DNA of 62,912 bases, the filler included, from Octopus bimaculoides (lineage: Eukaryota), in assembly GCF_001194135.2 (NCBI RefSeq). It is 5 parts of 5 records of this genome, joined end to end, with 100 filler letters (N's around TTAATTAATTAA, not from the genome) between each part and the next. Parts side by side here need not be neighbours in the genome. Positions count along the whole stretch, not along the records: positions 61,804 to 62,912 come from NC_068981.1; 4 more parts are not named here. The stretch is one strand, 5' to 3'. A program made the translations under genes and the position numbers. Each line of letters starts with the position of its first letter. Position 1 is the stretch's first letter. This document shows positions 61,804 through 62,912 of this stretch, one piece after another. The notes under the pieces are model-generated. The model did not search any database and had not been told where the DNA came from. It saw only the letters and a list, made by a program, of their open reading frames with translations.

Positions 61804-61928
61804 GGCAAACAGGACACAGTCGTGTGTCGATAAGCCAGCTGGAGGAGATGTCCTCCTGGGGCTAAAAGCAACAGTAACATCCACCCCTAGGGGTCAGCCA
61901 CACTTAAGTGGCAATATACTACACTTTA
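61804..61928 (+). mobile_element. Putative pLTR-family repeat, copy 3
   Basis: CAGGACACAGTCGTGTGTCGATAAGCCAGCTGGAGGAGATGTCCTCCTGGGGCTAAAAGCAACAGTAACATCCACCCCTAGGGGTCAGCCAC. Confidence 0.75.
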
Positions 61929-62114
61929 TCGTGCAGTTACTGTTAATACTTCATTTAGAGAATTAACATTGCTTATATATATATATATATATACATGCAT
62001 ACATCGCATGAAGCATTGGACATTAAACTATATATATTTGTGTATGTATGTATATACATACACACACACGTACATACATGCATGCATACATATATACATA
62101 CATACATACATACA

Positions 62115-62400
62115 AGATGGAATGGCGAATAGTTATGAAGTTTGCTTCATAACTACGAGATCTCTGGTTTGGTCCCACTACGTGGTATCTTGAGTGAATA
62201 TCATCTTCTATAACCTCAGGTCGACCCATGGGTCGACAGAAACTGTATAGAATCCCGTCACACACTTTGTCACTCTGATTCTGTCTGAGAATTACGTTAT
62301 AGCAACACGCGTCTGTCGAATGCTCGGCTCTTGAACTACACGTTACTTCAAGGGCGGGTAATTCAGTTTATCTAACAAGTGAATCTACATTGTCGAACGA
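62115..62400 (+). mobile_element. Degenerate tRNA-derived SINE
   Basis: GAAGTTTGCTTC..GGTTTGGTCCCACTACGTGG head, GAAACTGTATAGAATCCCGTC, and a tail like that at 55.8-55.9 kb. Confidence 0.6.
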
Positions 62401-62816
62401 CAGATACGCGCGCGCGCATACGCACACACACACACACACAAAATGAAGCATGTAAGTACATGTTAGTACTTATATATATGTGTATATGTATATGTATATA
62501 TATATGCGAGTAAAAATAAATACAAAAAAGGTGGGTTTTTTTGTATGATTGTGTATAGAGGAATATATTATTTTGCTTAAAAGAGTTCCAACACTGTCTG
62601 TTTTTTATGTTTTATTTATATTCCTGCAGAACTAATGTGGGGTATAGAATATGGAATATACAATATATAATATGATATACAATATACAATATAAAATAAA
62701 ATAACATAAAAATGGATGGCACCCTGAAAGAAAGTATTGAATGTAGATGAAATATTGAGTGTTCAATATAAAGGATCAAATATATAAATATATAAATATA
62801 AATATATATATATAAA

Positions 62817-62856
62817 GGCGACTCGAGTTTCAGGGCTATTTCCCTTCGTCATGGCC
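62817..62856 (-). ncRNA. Minimal type-I hammerhead-like motif
   Basis: Minus strand reads GGC-CAUGACGA-AGGG AAAUAG CCCU-GAAA-CUCGA-GUC-GCC: 4-bp stem II, palindromic ACUCGAGU stem III, GUC site; one extra or changed base at core position 3. Confidence 0.6.
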
Positions 62857-62912
62857 GGTATGACAGACTTTAACAGACTGTAATAAGTTGGCTGGTTTTC
62901 TGTCTTTTATAC

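Noticed and set aside
62715-62762. Plus-strand CACCCTGAAAG...GAAATATTGAGTG HHR-like trace
   Set aside because: Stem II absent and core register ambiguous.

Overview
AT-rich, microsatellite-dense eukaryotic genomic DNA with about 30 N-gaps. The SINE families and overall repeat landscape suggest an octopus (coleoid cephalopod) draft assembly; this is inferred, not checked by database search. No host protein-coding gene can be supported. Almost all long ORFs in the track are N-gap or microsatellite artefacts. The window is a transposon graveyard. It holds three Tc1/mariner lineages (a full-length mellifera-type DD34D element with TIRs and TA TSD, a cecropia-like 5' half, and a maT/DD37D-like deletion derivative) and several MITEs/foldbacks. 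It also holds a near-full-length decayed L1/Tx1-clade LINE, R4/Dong-, CR1/L2- and RTE-type LINE 3' fragments, a Helitron remnant, Penelope-like (PLE) RT and GIY-YIG remnants, and many tRNA-derived SINEs. The most notable observation is a set of seven minimal type-I hammerhead-ribozyme-like motifs found by eye in different (TA)n-associated or PLE-linked fragments; three carry a compensatory U3:A8 core. Other highlights are retroelements nested in the same orientation in (TAA)n arrays, SINE tails shared with two LINE types, a 216-bp inverted-repeat pair enclosing an orphan ORF, and several long fold-back hairpins. Many boundaries were read by eye and are approximate to about 10-30 nt.
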